The notes below the pieces were generated by a model that made no database searches, was not told the origin of the DNA, and saw nothing but the letters and a program-made list of their open reading frames with translations. Both the position numbers and the translations under genes were made by a program. A stretch of 64,000 nucleotides of DNA, taken from NCBI GenBank assembly GCA_041740355.1, contig JBGSMD010000013.1:1-64000 (forward strand), written 5' to 3'. Source of the stretch: Bdellovibrionota bacterium. Its GTDB lineage: Bacteria; Bdellovibrionota_C; UBA2361; CALJRW01. Of the stretch, positions 50,383 to 60,109 are shown one piece after another (position 1 is the first letter of the stretch; each line of letters opens with the position of its first letter).

Positions 50383-50853
50383 TTAATTAATAGTTTTAAT
50401 AGCTATTTTTCTATTTTTCCCCTCTGATTCTTTTAATTTTGGTAAAACAATTTTTAGCACTCCTTTATCTAGAGTAGCCTCAATTTGTTCTTCCTTAACT
50501 GAAAAGTTTAGTGGAATAATTTGACTAAATTTTCCATAACTTCTTCCTTGAAAAATAACTCCGTTTTCACTGCAATTAAAGTCCTCGGTTTTTTGTCCGG
50601 AAATAGTTAAGCTATCCTTTTCACAAGAAATTGAAAGTTCATTTTCTGCTAGCCCTGGTACTTCAGCAGTTACTAAATAATAGTCAGTCATTTCTTCAAT
50701 GTTAATCTTAGGTTGAAAAGCTTTATCGTTTATTTTAGCTACGCTAGAATCCAAGTAGTCATCTAAAAATCCCTTCAAAATAGTATTTTTTTGACCATTC
50801 ATGATTGGCCATAAAGAAAAGTGTTGGTAATTAGGAACTAGATTTTTACTCAT
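50383..50853 (-). CDS. Hsp20 small heat-shock protein
   Basis: AEVPGL, LTISGQK, YGKFSQII, GVLKIVLPK, IxI tail. Confidence 0.92.
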   Translation of the reverse strand: MSKNLVPNYQHFSLWPIMNGQKNTILKGFLDDYLDSSVAKINDKAFQPKINIEEMTDYYLVTAEVPGLAENELSISCEKDSLTISGQKTEDFNCSENGVIFQGRSYGKFSQIIPLNFSVKEEQIEATLDKGVLKIVLPKLKESEGKNRKIAIKTIN

Positions 50854-51058
50854 TTGATATCCTCCTGCAAATAAAAATTTGGGTTATAAAGGTTAATTTT
50901 TTATATCCCATATAAACAGTTAAATAATTATATTTCGACACAAAATATAATAGAGTTAGGCTATTAAATTAAATTAATTCTATGCCGACTTTTCCATATT
51001 AATTCTGTAATAATTAATATGGCTAATTTCAAGGGGAATAAAAATAATTTTTATTAAT

Positions 51059-52081
51059 TTATAAATAGATCTTAGTACTTGGGACCCCATTATCTATTAG
51101 CAGCTGGCAGACGGTATTTTTTAATTTTTTATCTTGTTCTGCAGAGTAAGAAATAATCCCATTAATTTTTTCATAAGGATAAGCAAAGAGAGCATCGTTC
51201 GGACGACTTTTTTTAATTTTTTTATAAAAACTATCATTCATTCTAAAACTTCCGATGCTAAAATCCCGGATCAAGTCGACATCAAGTTCTACTTTGATTT
51301 TTGCAATCAGATCCTGATATTCATTCATCCAATTTTTCTGGACTAGAAGTGGATCAAAACAAATCCGCACCTTCCAACCACGTGCTTGAGCATTTTTTAT
51401 AGCCTTAATTTTACTTATTAGGCTTGGAGTATTTACTTCTATTTTTTCACTTACAGTTTTAGGGCTAAGAGTCCAGGATAAAATGAAATTATCAGTGGGC
51501 TCTAATTCTTTAATAGAATTAAAATTTACACTTTTAGTTCTCGATTCTACTAGTAAATTTGGATTCTGCTGGCAGAGTTCTATCCACTTAGCGCAAAATC
51601 CAGTTAAATGCTCGATTGCTAATAAATCTGTATCATAAGAAATACTGAGATATAAACTTCCTAATTCCGCTAACTTATCGAGAGTTGCTTGATAAAAATC
51701 CTGTTCATTGACAAAGATTACCAAGTTGGCGGAATTAAACATACCTTGCAAGTAACAATAACTACAATCGTAGAGACAGTTAAGTGCCATAGCATTATAG
51801 AAAAAATATGGTTGGTTAAAACTTGGAGTAAAAGAGCTGCCAGCATATAGATAGGAATCCTTTTTGATTCCTAATATTAACTTTGGTGAAAGTTTTTGTT
51901 GTCTAAAATCTTGGCGATTGCGATTAAAGATTTCCTGGTAAGAGTTAATTGATATCAGTTGAGATTTAGTAAATTGGGAAATAATCTTTTTTGTTAGTTC
52001 GTAATCTTGCGCCTCTTTCTCAATGTATATCGTGTCAAAAGTTCGAGTTAGTTTAGCTTCCAAGGTGTTTCCCAATTTCAA
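51059..52081 (-). CDS. Spore photoproduct lyase-like radical SAM protein
   Basis: NCLYDCSYCYLQG (CxxxCxxC), SYDTDLLA, ESRTKS, WTLSP, FDP. Confidence 0.9.
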   Translation of the reverse strand: MKLGNTLEAKLTRTFDTIYIEKEAQDYELTKKIISQFTKSQLISINSYQEIFNRNRQDFRQQKLSPKLILGIKKDSYLYAGSSFTPSFNQPYFFYNAMALNCLYDCSYCYLQGMFNSANLVIFVNEQDFYQATLDKLAELGSLYLSISYDTDLLAIEHLTGFCAKWIELCQQNPNLLVESRTKSVNFNSIKELEPTDNFILSWTLSPKTVSEKIEVNTPSLISKIKAIKNAQARGWKVRICFDPLLVQKNWMNEYQDLIAKIKVELDVDLIRDFSIGSFRMNDSFYKKIKKSRPNDALFAYPYEKINGIISYSAEQDKKLKNTVCQLLIDNGVPSTKIYL

Positions 52082-52922
52082 TAGATAATTTAGCTTTTAA
52101 TTTTTCAAAGCTATTAGCATTTACACTTTTATGCTCAGACAATTTATAGTGATATGTGCGAATAAAGTCAGTAAAAAGTAAGTTGGTCATCGTATGATAC
52201 TGCGCAATCAGATCGTACAACTGTTGTGCTTGTGACTTACTAAGCTGAAGATCAAAAACTACTTTTTCAATTGATTGCTCTTCTGCTAATTCATTGGGAC
52301 TAAGTTCTTTTAAGATTGGAGCTTTTGGTAATGAATTCAAAAAAGTTTTTAGTAGATCTATTTTCTGTTCGATTAATTCAGTCAGAAGCTCTAATTTAAA
52401 ATCTTGCGGGGTTAAATGATCGATTAAAATTTTTATTACGTGAATTTGATGTATGGCAAGAAACTTGTTGGCGGTTTGAAAAAATGCCGAAGCTTCCATG
52501 TCAACTAGAGTATTAGTAAGTTCAGGATGTTTTGCTCGTAATACCGGACGATCAAAAGTAGTCAATACTGCCGGGGTTAGATCGTTTATATAAATTAAGT
52601 CTGGATAGTAATTTGAGTCAGTCGCATGGTCAGTTATTTTCTGAATGTAGTATAGCTCGCCAATCTCCAGTTCCTCTGTTCCACCAGCTAGTCCAAAGTT
52701 TACTAGTGTAGAGGTGGAAATTAGGTATCCTAAGCCTTTTAAATATTGAATGGTAGTCGCTAGAGCGATTGCCGTATTTACTTTCCCAATACCAGAAATA
52801 ATTAAGGTAAATTCATCATTTCTGTAAAGCTCAAAGACAGGAAATTCCAAATCTCGTTTTAGCTTGAGTAAGGATATTAGCTGTTTAGCTTCAGGGTGGA
52901 TTGCGGTGTGGATGATGATCAT
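52053..52922 (-). CDS. Nucleoside phosphorylase/MTAN-fold protein
   Basis: ISGIGKVNTA, VNFGLAGG, LVDMEASAF. Overlaps the start of the SplB-like gene. Confidence 0.82.
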   Translation of the reverse strand: MIIIHTAIHPEAKQLISLLKLKRDLEFPVFELYRNDEFTLIISGIGKVNTAIALATTIQYLKGLGYLISTSTLVNFGLAGGTEELEIGELYYIQKITDHATDSNYYPDLIYINDLTPAVLTTFDRPVLRAKHPELTNTLVDMEASAFFQTANKFLAIHQIHVIKILIDHLTPQDFKLELLTELIEQKIDLLKTFLNSLPKAPILKELSPNELAEEQSIEKVVFDLQLSKSQAQQLYDLIAQYHTMTNLLFTDFIRTYHYKLSEHKSVNANSFEKLKAKLSIEIGKHLGS

Positions 52923-53097
52923 GGGATTTCAGTATTTTTAGCTCAACAATGTATACCAATAGTTTTCATAAAACCCAAGCTGTTCCCCCCTAGGTGTCAG
53001 GGATGTCGGGGAAGCATAAATAATGGACAATCACAGTATCAGGGAACTCGGGGAGGGGTTTTTAGTTTATTATATTGAAGCTTGTGAGAAAGATGGT

Positions 53098-53877
53098 TTA
53101 TTTAATTTTGTTAAGCGATACGGCTATACTCTGAAGTATTTTTAAGTATGGAATAGGGGACGCTACTTCATTTAATCCGATCTGCCAGAATTGTTCATTT
53201 TGACTAATTAAAAAAGCTTCTTCCGGATATTGTCTGATGCGCACGTTGTCGCGAATGGATATCACATTGAGCTGAGCATTCTCAGTCATAATTAAATCAT
53301 CAACAATAATCTCTCCTAAGCTAATTATTGTGACATTCTTACTAATAGTTAGTTTGTTAATCGTAGTGTAGCCACTAACAAAGATAAGTTGTTCAGTTAA
53401 GATTTTTAGATCTTCTAATGCTAAATTAAAATTATAATAAACATCTCCCATTTTAGAAGGCTGAACGACAATACATGTTTTTGGATTAACTAAGTCCCAT
53501 TCAAGTTGTGTCCTCGCTTCTTCTAGGTTTTGGCAGCTCTCGGCTAATCTTTGATAATAATTAAAATCAATTATCAGGCTTTGAGTCTTGGAGCTCCTAT
53601 TTGGGAATGAGACTTTCTCAGTGCCAGCAAAGGTATTATTTAAATAGCAAAGTTTATTTACTTTATTTTCAATACATTGATTTTTCAGGTGGGGATTAAA
53701 ATCAAGCTCATTTATGAGTTTAAATAATTCATTTTGATTTGAAGCACTTGCTCGCTGCTGGTGAAAATAAAATTTGATTTGAATTAGGGAAGATAGAATT
53801 TCTTGAAATGAGCTGAGTACTAATATTCCAGATAACATTAAAATAATCAGCAAATATATACTAATTATGCCCTTCAT
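53098..53877 (-). CDS. PilX/GspK-position minor pilin-like protein
   Basis: MKG|IISIYLL plus a hydrophobic helix, no E5. Last gene of the four-gene cluster. Confidence 0.65.
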   Translation of the reverse strand: MKGIISIYLLIILMLSGILVLSSFQEILSSLIQIKFYFHQQRASASNQNELFKLINELDFNPHLKNQCIENKVNKLCYLNNTFAGTEKVSFPNRSSKTQSLIIDFNYYQRLAESCQNLEEARTQLEWDLVNPKTCIVVQPSKMGDVYYNFNLALEDLKILTEQLIFVSGYTTINKLTISKNVTIISLGEIIVDDLIMTENAQLNVISIRDNVRIRQYPEEAFLISQNEQFWQIGLNEVASPIPYLKILQSIAVSLNKIK

Positions 53878-54761
53878 GGATTAATCACAAAATTCTGGAA
53901 CGCCTGTCTCGCAATTTGGGGTGTAGAAATAACTTGAAAAACTTTATCTATACGTTGTTCTGGAAAGTTCCATTGAAAATCTAATTGCCATATTTGTTCA
54001 TATTTTAATAAGTCAATTTTGATATTTGGAGCATTATCGAAGATAGGTTGATTTTCTTTGATCAGATCTCCCTCTAAAGTTACGTAGCGAAGCCGATTTG
54101 AATAGTCCTTATATATTAAATATTCGCTAACTACTGGTATTAAAACTTTTGTAAATAATGGATACTCTGTCGATTTTTTTGCTATTATTAGATTTGGCTT
54201 TTGGGAAATAAAAAATTTATAACAATCTTTTGAAACGGGGATTGCTTCGCCTTGCAAATAGCTAGCTCCTCGCAAATCTAATCCAATAAATCTTTGCAGT
54301 AAATTTCGCTTGATATTTTCATTGCATCCCTCGAGTATTAGTTCCTCGTTTAAGGAAACAGAAATCTTATTAGCAAAATCTAATTCCATGAAACTTATAG
54401 AATCAGAAAGGCTACTTGGCTGTTTTAAAGGATCTTGACTAACTTCAAAATGTTGATTGTTAATTGTTATTAAGCCGTCTTTAAAGATTCTAGGTTCAAT
54501 TGGCAATGGGTGGGAGTTTAGATCTTGAGCTATGTCGTCAGCTAGACTTTTAATTCTTAAAGACTGAAAGCTGACGTTGTAATCATTGGTAATGATTTTT
54601 TTAGTTAAAATTGAAGTTCTAAGAATTTGGTAGGCAATAAGTGCAATTATTAAACTTAATGAAATAGCAATTAAGGTTTCGATCAAACTTGATGCATTTT
54701 CTCGCTTTATTAATTTAAAAGAAAATATATTTAGTAAGTTTTGGAAAATTAAATTCTTCAC
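53874..54761 (-). CDS. PilW/GspJ-position minor pilin
   Basis: RENA|SSLIETLIAISL, an atypical cleavage site with E5 present. Confidence 0.7.
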   Translation of the reverse strand: MKNLIFQNLLNIFSFKLIKRENASSLIETLIAISLSLIIALIAYQILRTSILTKKIITNDYNVSFQSLRIKSLADDIAQDLNSHPLPIEPRIFKDGLITINNQHFEVSQDPLKQPSSLSDSISFMELDFANKISVSLNEELILEGCNENIKRNLLQRFIGLDLRGASYLQGEAIPVSKDCYKFFISQKPNLIIAKKSTEYPLFTKVLIPVVSEYLIYKDYSNRLRYVTLEGDLIKENQPIFDNAPNIKIDLLKYEQIWQLDFQWNFPEQRIDKVFQVISTPQIARQAFQNFVINP

Positions 54762-54960
54762 AGACGATCACTCGGTATGTTTTAATTTTTTTTATTTGAC
54801 AGCTTTTTAATTCAGCAGTTGCTGAATCGAATTTAGGACGAGCAATGTTTCGTAATGCTAAAGATTTATTTTGTAGAGTGAGAATCGAGCCGATTATAAT
54901 GCTTAAAATCAAAAGACTAAGTAATACTTCAAGCAGACCTAAACCTTTATTGTTTAGCAT
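54715..54960 (-). CDS. PilV/GspI-position minor pilin
   Basis: NNKG|LGLLEVLLSL. Confidence 0.75.
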   Translation of the reverse strand: MLNNKGLGLLEVLLSLLILSIIIGSILTLQNKSLALRNIARPKFDSATAELKSCQIKKIKTYRVIVCEEFNFPKLTKYIFF

Positions 54961-55367
54961 TGAATTCTAATCCTACAACGCAATGAGATTATTAGGCTAC
55001 ATTCATTAGTTAAATTGATATAATTGATACTTGCAGGCGAGCAAACCTGTTTAGGATGGAAAATTAATTGATTTTCATTCGATTCTATTTTAAGAGGACT
55101 AACAAGTTGGATTTCGTTGATGAATTTATTGCCTAAAATCTTCAAAGTCAGATCCTCAGTATTAATCTGAATTCTTTGCTTGAAAATATTCGCATAAGTA
55201 ATTTGTTCCTCTAGTGCTAACTTTAATTGCCTAATCTTCGAATTCTGGTTTATTGAGTTTTTAAGCAAGTTAGAAGATAAATTTGCGCTTCCCCAAATAA
55301 TCCCTAAGATTGAAATGATTATTAATAGTTCTACTAAGGAAAATGCGGCGAGTTTTTTGTTCGTCAT
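54954..55367 (-). CDS. FimU/GspH-position minor pilin
   Basis: KKLAA|FSLVELLIII. Confidence 0.78.
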   Translation of the reverse strand: MTNKKLAAFSLVELLIIISILGIIWGSANLSSNLLKNSINQNSKIRQLKLALEEQITYANIFKQRIQINTEDLTLKILGNKFINEIQLVSPLKIESNENQLIFHPKQVCSPASINYINLTNECSLIISLRCRIRIQC

Positions 55368-55617
55368 TCTAAGGAATGGGTGTCGAATGATAAATAAAAC
55401 AATTTAAGATTTTGCCTTTATACTATTCTTCTAAATGAGATTTATATATTCATTCCAAGAATGAATTTCTAAAAAAACCATTTCAGAATTCATGTTTGAT
55501 TAACTATATTTGTTACTTTGAGTTCTCAAACTTGAATACCTTTCCCTGAAGCTTCAGCGAAGCTAGAAATGCAGAATTTAAAAAGCTGACAATATTGATT
55601 TTTATAAAATCAATATT

Positions 55618-55762
55618 TATGTAGAGTCCAATAAGTAATTTACTAAGGAAGTTGCTTTTTGAGGCTTACTATTCCCTGGAGGGATAATAAAATCATATAG
55701 TCTTTAGAAAAAACAAGTTACCCTATTTTATTTTGAAGTAATTTATTTTTTGAATAACTATA
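55618..55762. mobile_element. MITE-like repeat, inverted homolog of 18504-18651
   Basis: The reverse complement aligns along its length with 18504-18651, including the central hairpin TATTCCCTGGAGGGATA. Confidence 0.8.
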
Positions 55763-55832
55763 AACGTAAGAAGCCTGAGTCCAAAAGTTAATCGACTTTA
55801 ATTGAAAGAAGTTTCCTAGGGATTAAAATTAT

Positions 55833-56837
55833 TTAGACGGGGGCTCCCGGAACAAGGAAGCAAATATCTTGAATGTCGAGCATTCCTAACGGCTTAAGAT
55901 CATCGGACATTACAATTATTTGATCGATTTTATATTGAGACATTACTTTTAGTGCTTCAATTGCTAGTAAATCGGGATGGACTGATTTTGGTGATTTGCC
56001 CATGACAGATGAAACCGATTGACTTAGAAAATTGATGCCATGGTCAAGGCAGCGTCTTAGGTCCCCATCCGTAAAGATACCAGTAACTTCCCCTGATTTA
56101 TTTACTAATACTGCTGCTCCGGGACGACCTTTTGTGGCACTATAGCTTTTAATTACTTCTTGAAGTGAAAGCTGATCGCTAAGTACGCACATTTCCTCCC
56201 CAGTTCTCATTAGTTCTGATACCTTTACTAGTGCGCGACCTAAATTGCCTCCAGGATGGTAAAAGGCAAAATCTTTGGCGGACATTCCTTTCTCCTGCAT
56301 TAAACACATAGCAAGTGCATCTCCAATCGCTAGCATTTTGCAGGTACTTGTTGTTGGAGCCAGTCCTAAGCTTCCCGCTTCATTGGAATTTCCAATTGCA
56401 ATTGTTAAATCACTAAGCTTGGCGAGGTTGCTATCAGGAACAGCAGTTATGGAAATGATTGGACATCCAATACTTCTAATAGCTGGAATGGTTTTAATAA
56501 TCTCTTCAGTCTCTCCAGAATTAGAAAGTATTAGGGCAATGTCATTCTTGCGATAGCGTCCTAAATCTCCATGAAGCGCTTCTGCTGGATGTAAAAAGAA
56601 AGAAGCTGTGCCAATTGATGCTAATGTAGCGGAAATTTTAGTTCCAATTAAACCTGCTTTACCCATCCCTGAGACAATCACATGCCCATGATTTTCAATC
56701 TCTAAAATAGCTTTTACGGCACTTACAAATTGATCGTCCAAAGTCTCAGCCATGTCGTGGAGAGCTTGAGCCTCAGTTCGCAGGACAGATTTTGCAGTTT
56801 CTATAATTCTAGAATTCATTCTTAAGGATGTTAACAT
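55833..56837 (-). CDS. kdsD: Arabinose-5-phosphate isomerase (KpsF/GutQ)
   Basis: SGMGKAG, HPAEALHGDLG, LAPTTST, HPGGNLG, CBS pair. Confidence 0.95.
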   Translation of the reverse strand: MLTSLRMNSRIIETAKSVLRTEAQALHDMAETLDDQFVSAVKAILEIENHGHVIVSGMGKAGLIGTKISATLASIGTASFFLHPAEALHGDLGRYRKNDIALILSNSGETEEIIKTIPAIRSIGCPIISITAVPDSNLAKLSDLTIAIGNSNEAGSLGLAPTTSTCKMLAIGDALAMCLMQEKGMSAKDFAFYHPGGNLGRALVKVSELMRTGEEMCVLSDQLSLQEVIKSYSATKGRPGAAVLVNKSGEVTGIFTDGDLRRCLDHGINFLSQSVSSVMGKSPKSVHPDLLAIEALKVMSQYKIDQIIVMSDDLKPLGMLDIQDICFLVPGAPV

Positions 56838-57069
56838 AAATAATAGTAGTTAATATTACCACTGAAATAAGACTTAAGTAGAAAAAGAAGCGGTTATTAC
56901 GTCTTCGATAGCCTGCAATTCCGCCCATTGTACCAAAAAAAGGTAGTAATAATAAAGCAAGAGGATTTGGGTTACTAATTGCTAAGGGGACAGCAAATAA
57001 TACTCCTGTAAAACAACTAAGGGCAATTGTGGCGAAACTGTAAAATCTTAAAAATGGATCGTTTATCAT
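56809..57069 (-). CDS. Small membrane protein
   Basis: 86 aa with three hydrophobic segments, coupled to both neighbours. Confidence 0.7.
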   Translation of the reverse strand: MINDPFLRFYSFATIALSCFTGVLFAVPLAISNPNPLALLLLPFFGTMGGIAGYRRRNNRFFFYLSLISVVILTTIIYVNILKNEF

Positions 57070-58268
57070 TAAAAAATATTTTTGATATATGAAAATGCAA
57101 TTCCAATAGATTTAAAGCTAGCAGTTCCTAAGACAAATAGACTAGTAAATAGATTGGTAGAAATTAAAACTAAGAAGATCTTAACCGCTTGGTTATTAAT
57201 TGCTCCTTTCCAACTTGTAATATCTTCAGAGATGGTCTCTAGATCCGAAACCTTTGGTTTTCTGAAGTATGCTTCTACAAGTCCTGCAACCATACCAACA
57301 GAGATTACTGGATGTAAGAATGTAAACGGTGCTGAAATTGCTGAAGAAAGTATAGTTAAAGGATGAGACCGAACGACTATCGCCCCAAGCGTTGCAAAAG
57401 CCGATAATCCTATAAACCATAAATAGACAAATTCCTTAGCTTGTTCCGTTTCACCACTTAAAATTAAATAGGCAATAATTGCTACAAATATTCCGGGAAT
57501 TCCCCATGAAATGTATTTCTTATACTTCGCTGGAGGAGGAATTACTTCTAATGGTTCGAGGTCCCTAGGTCTATGAATGTAGTTCTGGATTCCTGGTAAA
57601 TGACCAGCTCCCAGAACAGCAACTATTACATTGCCTTCGGCTCGACGAATTTTTTCTGCTAAGTATTTGTCTCGCTCATCTATCAAACTTTCTCTAACTG
57701 TAGGAAATTGATTAGCAAATTCCTTCATTGCTTCTTCTAGGGCATCGCTTTTCTTTAGTTTTTCAATATCTTCTGCTGAGACTTTTTCATTGGTGAAAAG
57801 TCCAGCTAGCAAAGCAGACATAACTTTCAGTCCTTGCCAGAAACTAAGATTTGCCCAAGTCCTTTTAAGAGTAGTTTTAACATCACGATCTGCCAAAATT
57901 AATGAGGCATTTTGTTCTTCAGCTAATTTAATTCCCATCATCATTTCTGCCCCAGGCTGAATTTTCAGTTCCTTCGCAATTTTTTTTTGAAAACTGGAAA
58001 GAATCAACTGAGATAGCAAAACAAAAGCCTTTCCTTCCTTAATTACAGTAAAAAGATCTAGGCTTTTCCATTTCTCAGGATTTTTCAAACTTTGATAACG
58101 TGAGTCACAGAGTTCAACTGCAATAGTATCCGGTTTTATTTCGGTAATAACTTTTTCAACTAAATCAACGCTTTCTTGGCTGACGTGAGCAGTTCCGATA
58201 AGAATTATATCCTTACCATCGATGTTTAACCTAGTTATATTTTCATGATTTAAAATGTCGCTTTCCAT
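57069..58268 (-). CDS. TraB/PrgY/GumN-family protein
   Basis: LIGTAHVS, AVELC, PGAEM, LADRD, LIDERD, VLGAGH, C-terminal TM segments. Confidence 0.93.
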   Translation of the reverse strand: MESDILNHENITRLNIDGKDIILIGTAHVSQESVDLVEKVITEIKPDTIAVELCDSRYQSLKNPEKWKSLDLFTVIKEGKAFVLLSQLILSSFQKKIAKELKIQPGAEMMMGIKLAEEQNASLILADRDVKTTLKRTWANLSFWQGLKVMSALLAGLFTNEKVSAEDIEKLKKSDALEEAMKEFANQFPTVRESLIDERDKYLAEKIRRAEGNVIVAVLGAGHLPGIQNYIHRPRDLEPLEVIPPPAKYKKYISWGIPGIFVAIIAYLILSGETEQAKEFVYLWFIGLSAFATLGAIVVRSHPLTILSSAISAPFTFLHPVISVGMVAGLVEAYFRKPKVSDLETISEDITSWKGAINNQAVKIFLVLISTNLFTSLFVLGTASFKSIGIAFSYIKNIF

Positions 58269-60103
58269 TCTTCTAGTATATTTTCAATAATCTTGATTTG
58301 TTCTGGCCCTAAAGAATATTGTTTATAGACTAATTTATCAAGTAAGGAACGATTCAGAGTAGTTAAGGGGTTTTGAAGTAATTTAGCTAGCTTTTTAGAG
58401 TTAAAATTTAAATTATTAGGAATTGGAAAATCCTTGAGATCATCCAAAACAATTTTTGGAAAAATCTTTCGGTTTGCTTTACGTCCTTTAATTAAGAAAT
58501 AAAAACTTGCAAACTGAGAATTAAAGATTGCGGCCATCAAGGGAAGGATCTTTGAATCATCTGAATGTAAATGTAGAATGGAGCGGTTATACAAAAAGGT
58601 TTCAGTTACAATTGCAGCCTTAATCATATAAGGAGGTTTCCCAAGAACTTCGCGAATAACTAACCTTGAGGAGTTGTAGCGAGACAAATCTTGAAATTCA
58701 GCAACCCAAGGCCCGTAATCTAAATATTGTCCTGACCAATTTATTTCAAAGGAATTTAGATCTTTGCCATTTAGATAAGGATAAGAATTGCGAGATTTGA
58801 TCATTTCACTATGAAAGGAGTTCTCTTTAACTGTTTCTGCTGATTGCGGAGGATTGCCTCGACCAAGGCTATATACCTGCATGGCAATAGTGGGTGTTAA
58901 TTTTAATGGATAACTTGCAAGTGGAGTTGTTGTAGATTGCAACTTTTCAAATAATTCACTGAAAGATGGTTCCCAATTAGTTGGGATTAGAGTGTTCTTA
59001 CTCTTGATAATTATTTGATAATCTAGATTTTTGCTTCTCAAAAATCCACATTCTCGAGTATACATTTTAATTGCAACTGACTCTGCTGGGCGCTTAGAGA
59101 TTACGCTAATAATTGTTTCAACACCAAGTTTTGGAAAAATCTTTTTTTCGAAACAAAGAATTTTAATCAACCCTCTTTCTCTAACCAAGAATCTTCGCAG
59201 GCTCTCGCCATCCCTGATACCTAACCAAGCATTTGGAGTGAGTATCCCTAAGGTTCCTCCATAAACTTTAAGCAGTTGAAAACATTTAATAATAAATAAA
59301 AGGTATTTATTAAGTTTTCCTGTAAACAACCAATTGTTCAAAGTAACTAACATTTGTAACTCTATTTCCTCAATTTGTTGATTCCGAGAAAGTCCGAAGG
59401 GTGGATTGCAAAAAATATAATCAAATTTTTGAGGAAATTTAGTTATTAGGCTATTTTGGCAAGTGAAATTCGGGCGTAAATCTGGGAGGGGTTCATTGAG
59501 ATTGACTATCGGCAGACTTTTTAATGCTTCGACTTGTAATAAGAAAGTACTAACTTCTAAAGCTTGAGAGTTAATATCACATCCGAATAAGGAACTTTTA
59601 ATAAAAGCGAGTTTTTGATCTGAATTTCCGGGAAATTTTTTTAGGCAAGCTTTAAGGAAGATGCCGGCCCCACAGGCAGGATCTAGGTATGTGCGATCGG
59701 AGGTCGGAACCTCTCTGAGAGTTTCCGTTACTAGTAAATCAGCAACAACTTTAGGTGTATAAAATGTACCGGTAAGATTTTTTGTTGGGAAGCAGAGTAG
59801 GTTATCAAAAATTTCTTCTACCTGCTGGTCAAAGTCAATAGCACTACAAATTGGAATTTCTTTAAATATATCATAAAGTTGTTTCGACTTCTTCGGAGCA
59901 TGAAATGAAACATTGAAGAAATAATTGATGATTTCAAGCTCTTTAACAATCTGTTCGGAACTAATAATCACATTTGGAAGGTTAATTGTAAGTTCCGGAA
60001 TGTTTAGAGGGAGATTTTTTGCAATAAATAAGCTAAATAGTTCTTGGATTATCAGCGGTGGATATTTATCTTTTAACTTGATTAATCTATTAATGATAAT
60101 CAT
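58250..60103 (-). CDS. N6-adenine DNA methyltransferase (gamma class, TaqI/Eco57I-like)
   Basis: GTFYTP, YLDPACGAGIFL (motif I), FDYIFCNPPF (motif IV), TaqI_C-like C-terminal region. Confidence 0.88.
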   Translation of the reverse strand: MIIINRLIKLKDKYPPLIIQELFSLFIAKNLPLNIPELTINLPNVIISSEQIVKELEIINYFFNVSFHAPKKSKQLYDIFKEIPICSAIDFDQQVEEIFDNLLCFPTKNLTGTFYTPKVVADLLVTETLREVPTSDRTYLDPACGAGIFLKACLKKFPGNSDQKLAFIKSSLFGCDINSQALEVSTFLLQVEALKSLPIVNLNEPLPDLRPNFTCQNSLITKFPQKFDYIFCNPPFGLSRNQQIEEIELQMLVTLNNWLFTGKLNKYLLFIIKCFQLLKVYGGTLGILTPNAWLGIRDGESLRRFLVRERGLIKILCFEKKIFPKLGVETIISVISKRPAESVAIKMYTRECGFLRSKNLDYQIIIKSKNTLIPTNWEPSFSELFEKLQSTTTPLASYPLKLTPTIAMQVYSLGRGNPPQSAETVKENSFHSEMIKSRNSYPYLNGKDLNSFEINWSGQYLDYGPWVAEFQDLSRYNSSRLVIREVLGKPPYMIKAAIVTETFLYNRSILHLHSDDSKILPLMAAIFNSQFASFYFLIKGRKANRKIFPKIVLDDLKDFPIPNNLNFNSKKLAKLLQNPLTTLNRSLLDKLVYKQYSLGPEQIKIIENILEEWKATF

Positions 60104-60109
60104 TAAATT

